A stretch of 32,000 nucleotides of DNA from NCBI GenBank assembly GCA_902385255.1, contig CABMEV010000001.1, forward strand, positions 50,496 through 82,495, in the 5' to 3' direction. The translations under genes were made by a program, and so were the position numbers. The notes beneath the pieces were generated by a model. It was not told the origin of the DNA, made no database searches, and saw nothing but the letters and a program-made list of their open reading frames with translations. This document shows, piece by piece, positions 8,747 through 17,202 of this stretch. Positions within the stretch are counted from its first letter, which is position 1, and the number at the start of each line of letters is the position of its first letter. The stretch is from Candidatus Tiddalikarchaeum anstoanum. GTDB taxonomy: Archaea > Nanobdellota > Nanobdellia > Tiddalikarchaeales > Tiddalikarchaeaceae.

Positions 8747-9985
8747 ATGGATTTCAAGAAAATAATGCCTTATCTTTGTTTAATTATCCTGTTAGCCTCG
8801 CAATTCATTTTTGGCACTGATTTAACGCATCACCTTCATAACGCTTGGATTTATAATACCATGATTAAAGAGTGCAGGTTTATCCCGTACGATCCTTACC
8901 TATTGAACGGCGAGCAGATAACATTCGCTTACGGGCTTGTTGCATACCCTGTTGCTGGACTTGTCTGGTTCCTGCTTGGTGAGTACACTATTGATGTATT
9001 AATGGCTCTTTCTTCTATTGCCATTTTTGTAATACTGAAGATGCTGGTTAAGAATGATTTGCCTGTTAGTATTCTTACTTTGGCTATGTTATTTCACACG
9101 TTAGGTGACACTTATGTCTTTTATATCTCTAATCTATTATTCTATCTCGGATTATTATTGTATTATAAACACGTAAAGTTTTGGCAAGTTCCGATTATAC
9201 TGTCTTGCATAAACCACCCTATTGCCATCCTCCCTGCTATTTATTTCATTTTCAAGGATAAGAAATTGTTCGCGGTCTTGTCAACTGTAATTGTTTATTT
9301 TTTAGTAATCACTTTTCTTTTTTCTAAAAGTGCGAGTATGACCCCTTATCTTCCTTTGGTTATAATAGCGAGAACGTTTCTGTTATTATTCCCTGTTTTC
9401 ATAATTGAAGATTTGTATAAGGGGTTTAATAACGCTGCTGATAATATTCATACTAAAATAGCTGCTTATTCCAGGAATAGGACTGTAACGAATATTTCAA
9501 AGAAGATTATAACTTCAAGCAAGAAGAATATTTCTTTTTTTAAGAAATTATTCGATTTTAAGGTCCCGTTATTATATGTTATCGCAATGGTTTTAATTTC
9601 CATGTTCTCTGTGCTTATTCTTTCTCAAATATATTTCCAGACGTGGAATTATTCCTTATACGCTTTTAATGATAAATTATTTTATAATTTTCCAAACATA
9701 TCCGGAAGCGTCCGCGTTGTTGATTACAACTGGCTGCCTGCATTATTATTCACTCCGCCTAATGTTACTTTTTTTGGCGGGAGCTTCAGGGAGAATAATA
9801 ATATTGATTTCTCAACCCATGTTTGGGATAATTCTTCGTATTATTCTTTTTTGGTTAATAACAGTATTAATTACGTATTGGTCTGCAAGCAGTGCAATCT
9901 CCCTACTAATGAGCCGATTATAGTGCGTACTTTTTTTTCAAAATATTGGGAAAATGATTATTATACTTTGTATATTGTTAGATGA
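8747..9985 (+). CDS. Polytopic membrane protein with a C-terminal non-membrane domain (function unknown; GT-C-like topology is only a guess)
   Basis: 412 aa. About 8-9 hydrophobic helices in the first ~220 aa, one more near residue 280, then a soluble region rich in NxS/T sequons. Confidence 0.5.
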   Translation: MDFKKIMPYLCLIILLASQFIFGTDLTHHLHNAWIYNTMIKECRFIPYDPYLLNGEQITFAYGLVAYPVAGLVWFLLGEYTIDVLMALSSIAIFVILKMLVKNDLPVSILTLAMLFHTLGDTYVFYISNLLFYLGLLLYYKHVKFWQVPIILSCINHPIAILPAIYFIFKDKKLFAVLSTVIVYFLVITFLFSKSASMTPYLPLVIIARTFLLLFPVFIIEDLYKGFNNAADNIHTKIAAYSRNRTVTNISKKIITSSKKNISFFKKLFDFKVPLLYVIAMVLISMFSVLILSQIYFQTWNYSLYAFNDKLFYNFPNISGSVRVVDYNWLPALLFTPPNVTFFGGSFRENNNIDFSTHVWDNSSYYSFLVNNSINYVLVCKQCNLPTNEPIIVRTFFSKYWENDYYTLYIVR

Positions 9986-10027
9986 TAAGTTTTAAAAAAG
10001 TAGAATTGCCCTCATTATACTAGTTTT

Positions 10028-10144
10028 GGGCGGGTAGCTCAGTCTGGTGGAGCGCTAGTCTTATAAGACTTGCACTAGTACAAAAAGTTTTTGGCTCAAG
10101 TCTGAGTCAACTAGTGGCCGGGAGTTCAAATCTCCCCCTGCCCA
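10028..10144 (+). tRNA. tRNA-Ile (anticodon UAU, 10062..10064) with a 43-nt intron at the canonical 37/38 position (about 10066..10108)
   Basis: Acceptor GGGCGGG/CCTGCCC, D arm GCTC-AGTCTGGTG-GAGC, anticodon stem CTAGT/ACTAG with loop CTTATA|A, T arm GGGAG-TTCAAAT-CTCCC. Intron has internal helix AGACTTG/CAAGTCT. No encoded CCA. Confidence 0.8.
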
Positions 10145-10209
10145 AATTATTTTAAGTAATAATCTATGTAATTATGCCTTTTGCTGAATATTTTTTCTAA
10201 GAATAGATT

Positions 10210-10515
10210 CTAATTTCTTAAGTCATATTTTTCTTTTATTAGTTTAACGAAGTTAAGATGTTTTTCTTTTTCTTCAGGCGTCATATTTGTTAAAATCTGA
10301 TTATACTCTTTTTTTATTTTTTTGTAATCAAAAGTTATTAAATCTTCTTTAAAAGCCTCGGAAAGATGATATACAAATAGTTGGTTATATTGTATCTTTT
10401 TTTCCATATATTTTAAAAATAACGGATCAAACTGGTTTAAGATTTTTTCAAGAAAATTAAAGGGTTTAAAGCAGTCAGCTAATGGTGCTTTTTGGTATTC
10501 AATTATTTCAAACAT
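10210..10515 (-). CDS. Hypothetical protein
   Basis: 101-aa ORF, Lys/Glu-rich, no recognisable motif. Confidence 0.4.
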   Translation of the reverse strand: MFEIIEYQKAPLADCFKPFNFLEKILNQFDPLFLKYMEKKIQYNQLFVYHLSEAFKEDLITFDYKKIKKEYNQILTNMTPEEKEKHLNFVKLIKEKYDLRN

Positions 10516-10663
10516 AACTCAATAAATTGAAAATAACCTACTTATAAGACTTTTGCAGCAAAATCTTTTTTGAGAGTGAGTATAACTTCTATCCTGCTCA
10601 AAACTCTATTAATAATGTGTAAAAACGTTTTTAAACAGCATTTTTTCTAAGCTATTATTAGAT

Positions 10664-11074
10664 ATGATTGAAAAAAGTAATTTGTTCAAAGGATTGGCTT
10701 TAGACTCCGTATTATGGAATAAGGGCTTCTCAATTTCAACAACAGTCGGCGATGCGAGAATAGTATACTTTTGCAACGATAAAAATATCAGCGTATACTT
10801 AGAGACTAATAATGACTCCATGAGAATCTGGAATTATAATTCAGCCACGCCAACAATATTAGTTGATTATGCAATAATGGATTACGCTTCAGACTGCCAA
10901 GTTGATAATAACTCATTTGTATACACATTAAGCGTTGAAGAATTAGCCAGAGAAGTTAATGATTTAATGCCTTTGGACAAACTGGATAATATAATTGATA
11001 CCCTGATAAATTACACTAACAATAAAGAATTCGTAGGATACCAGGCTGAAGCAAAGAATATGCCTTTTCTTTAA
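10664..11074 (+). CDS. Hypothetical protein
   Basis: 136-aa ORF, no recognisable motif. Confidence 0.4.
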   Translation: MIEKSNLFKGLALDSVLWNKGFSISTTVGDARIVYFCNDKNISVYLETNNDSMRIWNYNSATPTILVDYAIMDYASDCQVDNNSFVYTLSVEELAREVNDLMPLDKLDNIIDTLINYTNNKEFVGYQAEAKNMPFL

Positions 11075-11086
11075 TAAAAAAAATTG

Positions 11087-11761
11087 TTATCTAATCTTGA
11101 TATAATCTGCTTTTTTAGGCATCAAAAAAGAGTGTATGGAATTCGTCATGAATTTCACTAATCCTAATTTCTTAATTTTCCTGTCACTAGTGCGAACGGA
11201 TGTGTTAATAATCTTAAACTTGTATCCTCGTTTAAGCAGTTCTAAATGCATCTTCCTATCCTCATTCATCAGATAATTCTCATCAAAACCGTTTAATTCG
11301 TTAAACGCGTCCTTGGAGATTGCCATACAACACCCCCCGATTAATCCCAGCTCAGGCATGTTTTGCAGCAGAAACTTGTTGAATTCTAAAAAAGCGCGCA
11401 TGCTTTTATTGTTGTACATCTGAATCGGCGCGCAGAATGCAGTTTTTTTATTTATTGTCTTGCTTATAACTTTTAGCAGGTTAGGCTTAACAATAGTGTC
11501 AGCATCGACGAATACTAATATTCTGCCTTTTGCAATCTTTGCACCATTGTTCCTAACTTTGCTTATTGACTTTTGCTTGGCAAGGTTCAATACTTTGTCG
11601 GCGTATTTTTCAGAAAGCCCGCACGTATCATCGCTGGATGCATCATTGCATACAATAATCTCATAAGAACCCCTGTTAAGCGTCTGCTTATTAAGCGACT
11701 TTAATGTTTTCTCAATATATTTTTCCTCATTATGTGCAGGTATGATTACACTGATTAGCAT
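11087..11761 (-). CDS. Family 2 glycosyltransferase
   Basis: ISVIIPAHNEEKYIEKTL...YEIIVCNDASSDDT...VFVDADT, a GT-A fold with DxD. Paralogue of 16495..17199. Confidence 0.8.
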   Translation of the reverse strand: MLISVIIPAHNEEKYIEKTLKSLNKQTLNRGSYEIIVCNDASSDDTCGLSEKYADKVLNLAKQKSISKVRNNGAKIAKGRILVFVDADTIVKPNLLKVISKTINKKTAFCAPIQMYNNKSMRAFLEFNKFLLQNMPELGLIGGCCMAISKDAFNELNGFDENYLMNEDRKMHLELLKRGYKFKIINTSVRTSDRKIKKLGLVKFMTNSIHSFLMPKKADYIKIR

Positions 11762-11845
11762 ATATTAAAAAGTAAGTTATTTATTGTTTAAAAACAGTTA
11801 GCATAATATTTAAAAACTCCTTAATTGCTTATTTAATTAATACTT

Positions 11846-11920
11846 GCCCCTGTAGTCTAGTTCGGTTAAGGACTTTGGCCTTTCAAGCCGAAAACCTGGG
11901 TTCAAATCCCGGCGGGGGCA
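11846..11920 (+). tRNA. tRNA-Glu (anticodon UUC)
   Basis: 75 nt. Acceptor GCCCCTG/CGGGGGC, anticodon arm TTGGC-CTTTCAA-GCCGA, T arm CTGGG-TTCAAAT-CCCGG. Confidence 0.85.
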
Positions 11921-11932
11921 AACTATTTTTTT

Positions 11933-12265
11933 TTAAATATAATACCAATCTGCCGTGCAGCTCATACAATTATACGCGTTGTCAAAGAAGAAACCTACTT
12001 CAACATTAAAGATTTCACCAACATGCTCGCGGTTATAATTATCCCCCTCCCTAATCCTGCAGAGAGCCAAATAAACTGTTTTTTCACTATTATGCGCTTC
12101 TAAAAAAGTTAAGAACTCTGATACGTCATTAACATCATTTATCTTCCTCCAGAATATAGCCTTATCTTTATGAACTTGGGAAGGCGGATTATCAGCATAA
12201 AAAATATCAAACTTGCCTTTGCAAAAATCTTCCACCATAACCTTTACCTTGTCCAACTCTTCCAT
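11933..12265 (-). CDS. Hypothetical protein
   Basis: 110-aa ORF, no recognisable motif. Confidence 0.4.
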   Translation of the reverse strand: MEELDKVKVMVEDFCKGKFDIFYADNPPSQVHKDKAIFWRKINDVNDVSEFLTFLEAHNSEKTVYLALCRIREGDNYNREHVGEIFNVEVGFFFDNAYNCMSCTADWYYI

Positions 12266-12402
12266 AATAACCTTAATATATTCAGTTAATTAGTTTAAAG
12301 TTTATGTTGTACTCGAAAAAGAAATAGACAATTATCGAACTTTAAAAAACTAACTGTTTAAAATAGGTTTAAAAAAATGGGAATTACAGTCTTTACTATA
12401 GT

Positions 12403-13320
12403 ATGAAAGTGCTCGAAGTGAACCATTTCAAAAATATGATTAACGAGACGGTTAAAGTCATCGAGGACAAGAAGGACTACTTAAATTATATAAATGTATA
12501 CCCAGTCAGGGACGGCGACACCGGAAACAATTTATTATCCACATTTAAGAATACAAGATTGTTGAATGAGAAGGCAAACGTCAAGGATTTCCTGATAGAC
12601 CTGAAAAAATTAGTATTAACCGGAGCCAGGGGAAACAGCGGAGTAATAATCTCACAATTCTACAAAGGATTCTGCAACCACCTCATTGGGTCCAAGAATA
12701 TTGGCACTTTCGAATTCGCAAAAGCAATAGAGAACGGCTACTACCAAGCGTACAACTCCGTAAGTAAACCTGCCGAAGGCACAATGCTCAGCGTGTTAAA
12801 AGGAGCAAGCATAGGTGCTATCAAAGTATTAAAGAAAAGCGAATCAGTAATAGATGTATTGGAGAGCTCATTCAAATCAGCGCAAAAATACTTAAAAAAA
12901 ACTGTGAAACAGATTCCCATACTTAACAAGTCAGGTGTTGTAGATGCAGGCGGCTTGGGTGTTGTCTACATGCTCGGCGCATGGATGCGGGCAATAGGAG
13001 TACTGCCCAAATATGACCCTTCAATTAACAACTTGATATTAAAAGAGCCGCTTAGCAGCGGGATCAAAAATAAGTACTGCATATCAGTCTTAATTAAAGA
13101 CTGCAAGCATGAAAAAGAGCTGAAAGACCTTCTTAACTCACTTGGTGACTCATTGGACATAGGGGGAGACATTAATGCAGTCAAAGTTCATATTCACGCC
13201 AATGATTACGAAAACGTTAAGGCTGTATGTTCAGCATTTGGTGAATTATCAAGTTTCGAATATGACAATATGATGGAGCAAAATGAGAAAATTAGAGAAT
13301 ATAAAAATAATAACGGATGA
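12403..13320 (+). CDS. fakA: Fatty-acid kinase FakA-like protein (Dak2/DhaL kinase domain plus central domain; lacks the usual C-terminal domain)
   Basis: INVYPVRDGDTGNNL, GARGNSGVIISQFYKGFC, KPAEGTMLSV, GVVDAGGLGV and GDSLDIGG..VKVHIHA...YDNMMEQNEK line up with staphylococcal FakA residues ~1-330 as I recall that sequence. Confidence 0.8.
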   Translation: MKVLEVNHFKNMINETVKVIEDKKDYLNYINVYPVRDGDTGNNLLSTFKNTRLLNEKANVKDFLIDLKKLVLTGARGNSGVIISQFYKGFCNHLIGSKNIGTFEFAKAIENGYYQAYNSVSKPAEGTMLSVLKGASIGAIKVLKKSESVIDVLESSFKSAQKYLKKTVKQIPILNKSGVVDAGGLGVVYMLGAWMRAIGVLPKYDPSINNLILKEPLSSGIKNKYCISVLIKDCKHEKELKDLLNSLGDSLDIGGDINAVKVHIHANDYENVKAVCSAFGELSSFEYDNMMEQNEKIREYKNNNG

Positions 13321-14104
13321 GACTATTGATTTTTATCCAAGCTTTAATGAAAAAGAAATAGTCGTAATCAAAAACCACTTATTCCTGAACGGCAAAGAAG
13401 TTAGCCTGACAAAAAAAGAATTCTACGAGAAGATAACCGACAAGAAAAATCATTTCACAACAAGCCAGGCAAACCCTGAAGATTTTCTTGAAGTATTCAA
13501 AAAATATTCGGATTATAAAATTATAGTGATAACTGCGACTTCCAAGATGAGCGGCATAAACAACAGCGCAAACATTGCAAAAAAAGAAATGCCAAATAAT
13601 GATATTGCAGTAATAGACTCGGAGTCGTTAAGTGCAGGCCTCTCAATACTGGCAGATTTAGGATTACACCTAATCAAAGAAGGAGAAAGTTATGATAATA
13701 TTGTTAAAAAACTTGAAAACTTAAAACATAAGATAAAACTATTCTTCTTATTGACAAACCTTGACTACCTCGTGTCAAGCGGCAGGGTGAATAAAATAAT
13801 CGGATTCCTTGGAAAAGTAGTCAATATGAAACCCTTATTGGAGATTAAGGAAGGTGTGTTAACCAGCGCAGGAGCAATGATATTATCAAAAGATATGGTT
13901 AACTCTTTTTATGAATTCCTTGAAAATAAAATAAGAAATACGCATAAGATATTTATCATACACAACAACTTGGATGCTGAAATGAGGGCGCTGAAAAGTA
14001 AACTGGGACGAGGATATGACATTGAAATCATAAACTTCTTAAACACGCTTCTTGGCGTTTACAGCGGACCTGAATGCTTGGCAGTAGGATGGGTTGAAGA
14101 ATGA
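13283..14104 (+). CDS. fakB: DegV-family fatty-acid-binding protein (FakB-like)
   Basis: IKIITDETIDF, TTSQANPEDF, ATSKMSGINNSANIA, VIDSESLSAGL, LDYLVSSGRV, KPLLEI, GVYSGPECLAVGW. GGAG lies 5 nt before the ATG. Overlaps fakA by 38 nt. Confidence 0.88.
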   Translation: MRKLENIKIITDETIDFYPSFNEKEIVVIKNHLFLNGKEVSLTKKEFYEKITDKKNHFTTSQANPEDFLEVFKKYSDYKIIVITATSKMSGINNSANIAKKEMPNNDIAVIDSESLSAGLSILADLGLHLIKEGESYDNIVKKLENLKHKIKLFFLLTNLDYLVSSGRVNKIIGFLGKVVNMKPLLEIKEGVLTSAGAMILSKDMVNSFYEFLENKIRNTHKIFIIHNNLDAEMRALKSKLGRGYDIEIINFLNTLLGVYSGPECLAVGWVEE

Positions 14105-14697
14105 CATACGGCATTTTCTTGTCATGCATAATCAGCTACATTTTAGGCAGTTACCCGACTGCTTATTTCATAATCAGGATGTTTGAAAGAAAAAACATAT
14201 TCGAATCAGGTGATAAGAATATGGGCGGAACCAATGGATTAATAATATCCAAATCATATAAAATATTTTTCCTGATAGGACTAGTTGATATCTTAAAATC
14301 TTTTTTCGCAGCAGTAACATCTTACTACATAATTAAAGATTTCTGGCTGGCAGCTTTATTATCCGGGATATTCAGCACTCTTGGCCATAACTACAGCGTA
14401 TTTAAAAATTTCAAGGGAGGAAAAGGTGCGAGCACTAATGCAGGAACATTCTTTTTCATAAATCCATCAATGATGGTTTTATTCCTGCTAAGCATAATGG
14501 TGTTATCATTAAGCAATAAAAAATTAAATTTTACGAATAATGAATTCGTCGAGTCAATATACAGGATGATATTATTTTTAACGCTAACATCACTATTTTT
14601 TCCAGACTTCTTCATTCACGCATTAGTGCTGCAATCATTGTCTGTTTTAAAATACGCAACTGAAGGACAGTTTAGCAAAAAAATTCTAGAGTTTTAG
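14101..14697 (+). CDS. plsY: Acyl-phosphate:glycerol-3-phosphate acyltransferase PlsY
   Basis: YILGSYPTAY, GDKNMGGTN (aligns without gaps to GSGNLGATN), DILKS, LGHNYSVFKNFKGGKGASTNAG. ATGA start/stop overlap with fakB. Confidence 0.85.
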   Translation: MTYGIFLSCIISYILGSYPTAYFIIRMFERKNIFESGDKNMGGTNGLIISKSYKIFFLIGLVDILKSFFAAVTSYYIIKDFWLAALLSGIFSTLGHNYSVFKNFKGGKGASTNAGTFFFINPSMMVLFLLSIMVLSLSNKKLNFTNNEFVESIYRMILFLTLTSLFFPDFFIHALVLQSLSVLKYATEGQFSKKILEF

Positions 14698-14728
14698 CAA
14701 CTTTTAATAATATGGCGCGTTTTTTTTA

Positions 14729-15427
14729 ATGAAAATGATATCTGACCAGATGCAGCCTTTCTCAATGATTTATTACTTATTCTTGTTTTTGCTTATCATA
14801 TTTACTCCAATGCTGATACTCTCGCCGTTATTGCACTTAATCCAGTTAAACTTAGCATTTTTATTCCCGTTCATAATGATAATAGTATACTTACTCGGGG
14901 TCAGTTACGCATTCTTGTTCCTGTTAGAATCATGGCTTATACTGAAAGTTTTATACAACCCTAAGAATAAGGAAGGCGAATTCCCAATAAACTCTACAAA
15001 TCCTGCAGTGATATACTGGGCTTTGAATGAGTTATTGATGCACATGAATGAAAAAATATTTTCAATGCTACTAATACCCATATCAGTTTATTCAGAACTA
15101 ATATTCTTTGTTTTCGGATTAAAAAAAGGAAAACGCATCCAGCTTAACCCGATAAATGACCCTTACCTTACCGAGATAGGTGACAATTTCATGATGGGGC
15201 TTGGAGCATTAATATCAGGCCATCACATAATAGGCGGAAAGATTTACATCAAAAAAATTAAGATAGGAAAAAATGTTACCATAGGTGCGAATGCACTTAT
15301 CAGTCCTGGCGCAGTCATAGAGGATAACGTGGTAGTCGGAGCTAACAGTTTCGTAAAAAAAGATTCAGTGCTCGAGAAATCTTCATTTTATGCCGGAACG
15401 CCTGCAAAATTAATAAAAAAAATCTAA
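14729..15427 (+). CDS. Membrane-anchored hexapeptide-repeat (left-handed beta-helix) acyl/acetyltransferase
   Basis: N-terminal ~130 aa hydrophobic (3-4 TM). C-terminal IGDNFMMGLGALISGHHIIGGKIYI..IGKNVTIGANALISPGAVIEDNVVVGANSFV shows hexapeptide repeats. Confidence 0.65.
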   Translation: MKMISDQMQPFSMIYYLFLFLLIIFTPMLILSPLLHLIQLNLAFLFPFIMIIVYLLGVSYAFLFLLESWLILKVLYNPKNKEGEFPINSTNPAVIYWALNELLMHMNEKIFSMLLIPISVYSELIFFVFGLKKGKRIQLNPINDPYLTEIGDNFMMGLGALISGHHIIGGKIYIKKIKIGKNVTIGANALISPGAVIEDNVVVGANSFVKKDSVLEKSSFYAGTPAKLIKKI

Positions 15428-16425
15428 TACTTGCCCAAGTTTCCAACTTCCTTAATTAAAGGCTTTAATGATTTTGCACCATGGAAGAATATGCTAAAAT
15501 CTCTATACCAGCTCATATTGCATTTATTGCAAGGCATCTTTTTGAAATCTGATGGTTTCAAATCCAGGACGTCGCCGAAACTCTTAGCCAGATGCATGCA
15601 AGGGTAAACCTTGAAATTCCAGGCGACGAATAATGTCAGGTATCCTCCAAGGCAAGGATAAGGAGGTGTTTCTTTCTTAAGATAAGATATTATATTATTC
15701 AATGAGTCAACAGGGTTTACTATCTTAAACTCTTTCTTTAACTTGATGACTTCTTCCAGTGCTTTTATCACCTGAACATTTGTTAATTTTATTGCTTCAC
15801 CGCCAAGAGTGTAAACAGGGGATTCTGAAAACTCCGGATAATTAACTGCGATGGTGTCAAATCCAAGCTCTTCACATTTTTTGAATAATTTTCCAAGACA
15901 ATTATGATTAAAATTAGATATTAAAATTGAAGCTACTGTTTTAATCTTGCGTTTTTTTAATTCAGACACTGCTTTCTTAATATGGTCCAGTAATCCAGGT
16001 ATCTTCCTTGATTCAAACTCCACCTTATTAGTGTAATGGTCAACAGATATCGCCACATAATCCACTTTTGCCCTCTTTAATGCATCAAGCCTTTGCTCAG
16101 TAAAAAGCCTAGCATCCGCGTTTAATATTGACGTAATAATATTCTCCTTCGAACATTCTGCAGCTATCTTTTCAAAATTAGGATGAAGCAAAGGCTCACC
16201 GCCTGTTAAAGTAATAAATCTAACACCCAGCCTTGACAAATGCCTAACTGCCTTAATTGCTTTTTCAGTATCTACTACAACTTTTGGCTGCTGTTTCCAA
16301 ATCGTGCAGAAAGAGCATTGAGCACTGCAGATATTAGTGAGTGCGAATTCACAGACCTTGATTTTATTCGTTAATATACCCTTTATTACAGATAATTTTT
16401 TGCCCATTTCTGTAAACGATTCCAT
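15424..16425 (-). CDS. Radical SAM enzyme with a C-terminal Cys-rich (SPASM/twitch-like) region
   Basis: CSAQCSFCTIW (CxxxCxxC), ITLTGGEPLL; C-terminal PCLGG...YPCMH...MPCNKCNMSW. TAG stop. Confidence 0.75.
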   Translation of the reverse strand: MESFTEMGKKLSVIKGILTNKIKVCEFALTNICSAQCSFCTIWKQQPKVVVDTEKAIKAVRHLSRLGVRFITLTGGEPLLHPNFEKIAAECSKENIITSILNADARLFTEQRLDALKRAKVDYVAISVDHYTNKVEFESRKIPGLLDHIKKAVSELKKRKIKTVASILISNFNHNCLGKLFKKCEELGFDTIAVNYPEFSESPVYTLGGEAIKLTNVQVIKALEEVIKLKKEFKIVNPVDSLNNIISYLKKETPPYPCLGGYLTLFVAWNFKVYPCMHLAKSFGDVLDLKPSDFKKMPCNKCNMSWYRDFSIFFHGAKSLKPLIKEVGNLGKY

Positions 16426-16494
16426 ATTTCATTATAAACTTTTTTGTTTAAAAAAATAAACTTATTTAAATGCGCAGTTCTTTTCATCAAAAAC

Positions 16495-17199
16495 ATGGCA
16501 GTGTTGCTATCTATAATCATACCCTCGCATAATGAGGAAAAATATATTGGTAACACGTTGAGGCACGTGTTAAAACAGACTATGCAGAGGGACAAGTATG
16601 AAATCATTGTAAGTGATGCACACTCAACTGATGCTACATTTAAGGTAGCAAAAAAATATGCTGACAAAGTTTTATTGGCAGACACGCATAATGCTGCAGA
16701 AGGCAGAAATTACGGTGCAAAGTATGCAAAAGGAAAAATTTTGCTGTTCCTTGATGCGGATACATTGCTTGGAAAAGAATCATTAACCAGGATTGAAGAG
16801 TTCATAAACAAAGGTTATGGCGGAGGGACGTTCACACTCTTAGGACAGGAGTCTAATTTCGTGGACAAGTTATCACTTAAAATACTTGAAATTATAGAAA
16901 TATTATCCGCGTATGTTGGAATAGCTTACACTAACGGCAGCTGCACTTTCGTAACCAGAGAAGGATTCGATAAAACCCACGGCTTCAATCCGAAAATAGA
17001 TGTCGGAGAGGATAATGATTTCATAAGACGGGTTTCGAAATTTTATAAGACTGGATTAATCAAGTATTATGCAGAGATAAGCTTAAGGCGTATTCATAGG
17101 AAAGGCTGGATTCCATTATACTGGTTATGGGCGAAGAGTTTCTTTAAATCACTATTTTCAAGGGAGATAAAGAATAAGGAATACTGGGAGGACAGGTAA
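16495..17199 (+). CDS. Family 2 glycosyltransferase
   Basis: LSIIIPSHNEEKYIGNTL...YEIIVSDAHSTDAT...LFLDADT. ATG at 16495 preferred over the upstream TTG at 16444. Confidence 0.8.
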   Translation: MAVLLSIIIPSHNEEKYIGNTLRHVLKQTMQRDKYEIIVSDAHSTDATFKVAKKYADKVLLADTHNAAEGRNYGAKYAKGKILLFLDADTLLGKESLTRIEEFINKGYGGGTFTLLGQESNFVDKLSLKILEIIEILSAYVGIAYTNGSCTFVTREGFDKTHGFNPKIDVGEDNDFIRRVSKFYKTGLIKYYAEISLRRIHRKGWIPLYWLWAKSFFKSLFSREIKNKEYWEDR

Positions 17200-17202
17200 G
17201 TT

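Noticed and set aside
13283-13320. FakA-like and DegV ORFs as one gene joined by a programmed frameshift (combined length is close to full-length FakA)
   Set aside because: The second ORF has authentic DegV/FakB N-terminal and Ser-loop motifs rather than the FakA C-terminal domain motifs. It has its own GGAG plus ATG, and I saw no slippery heptamer in the overlap.
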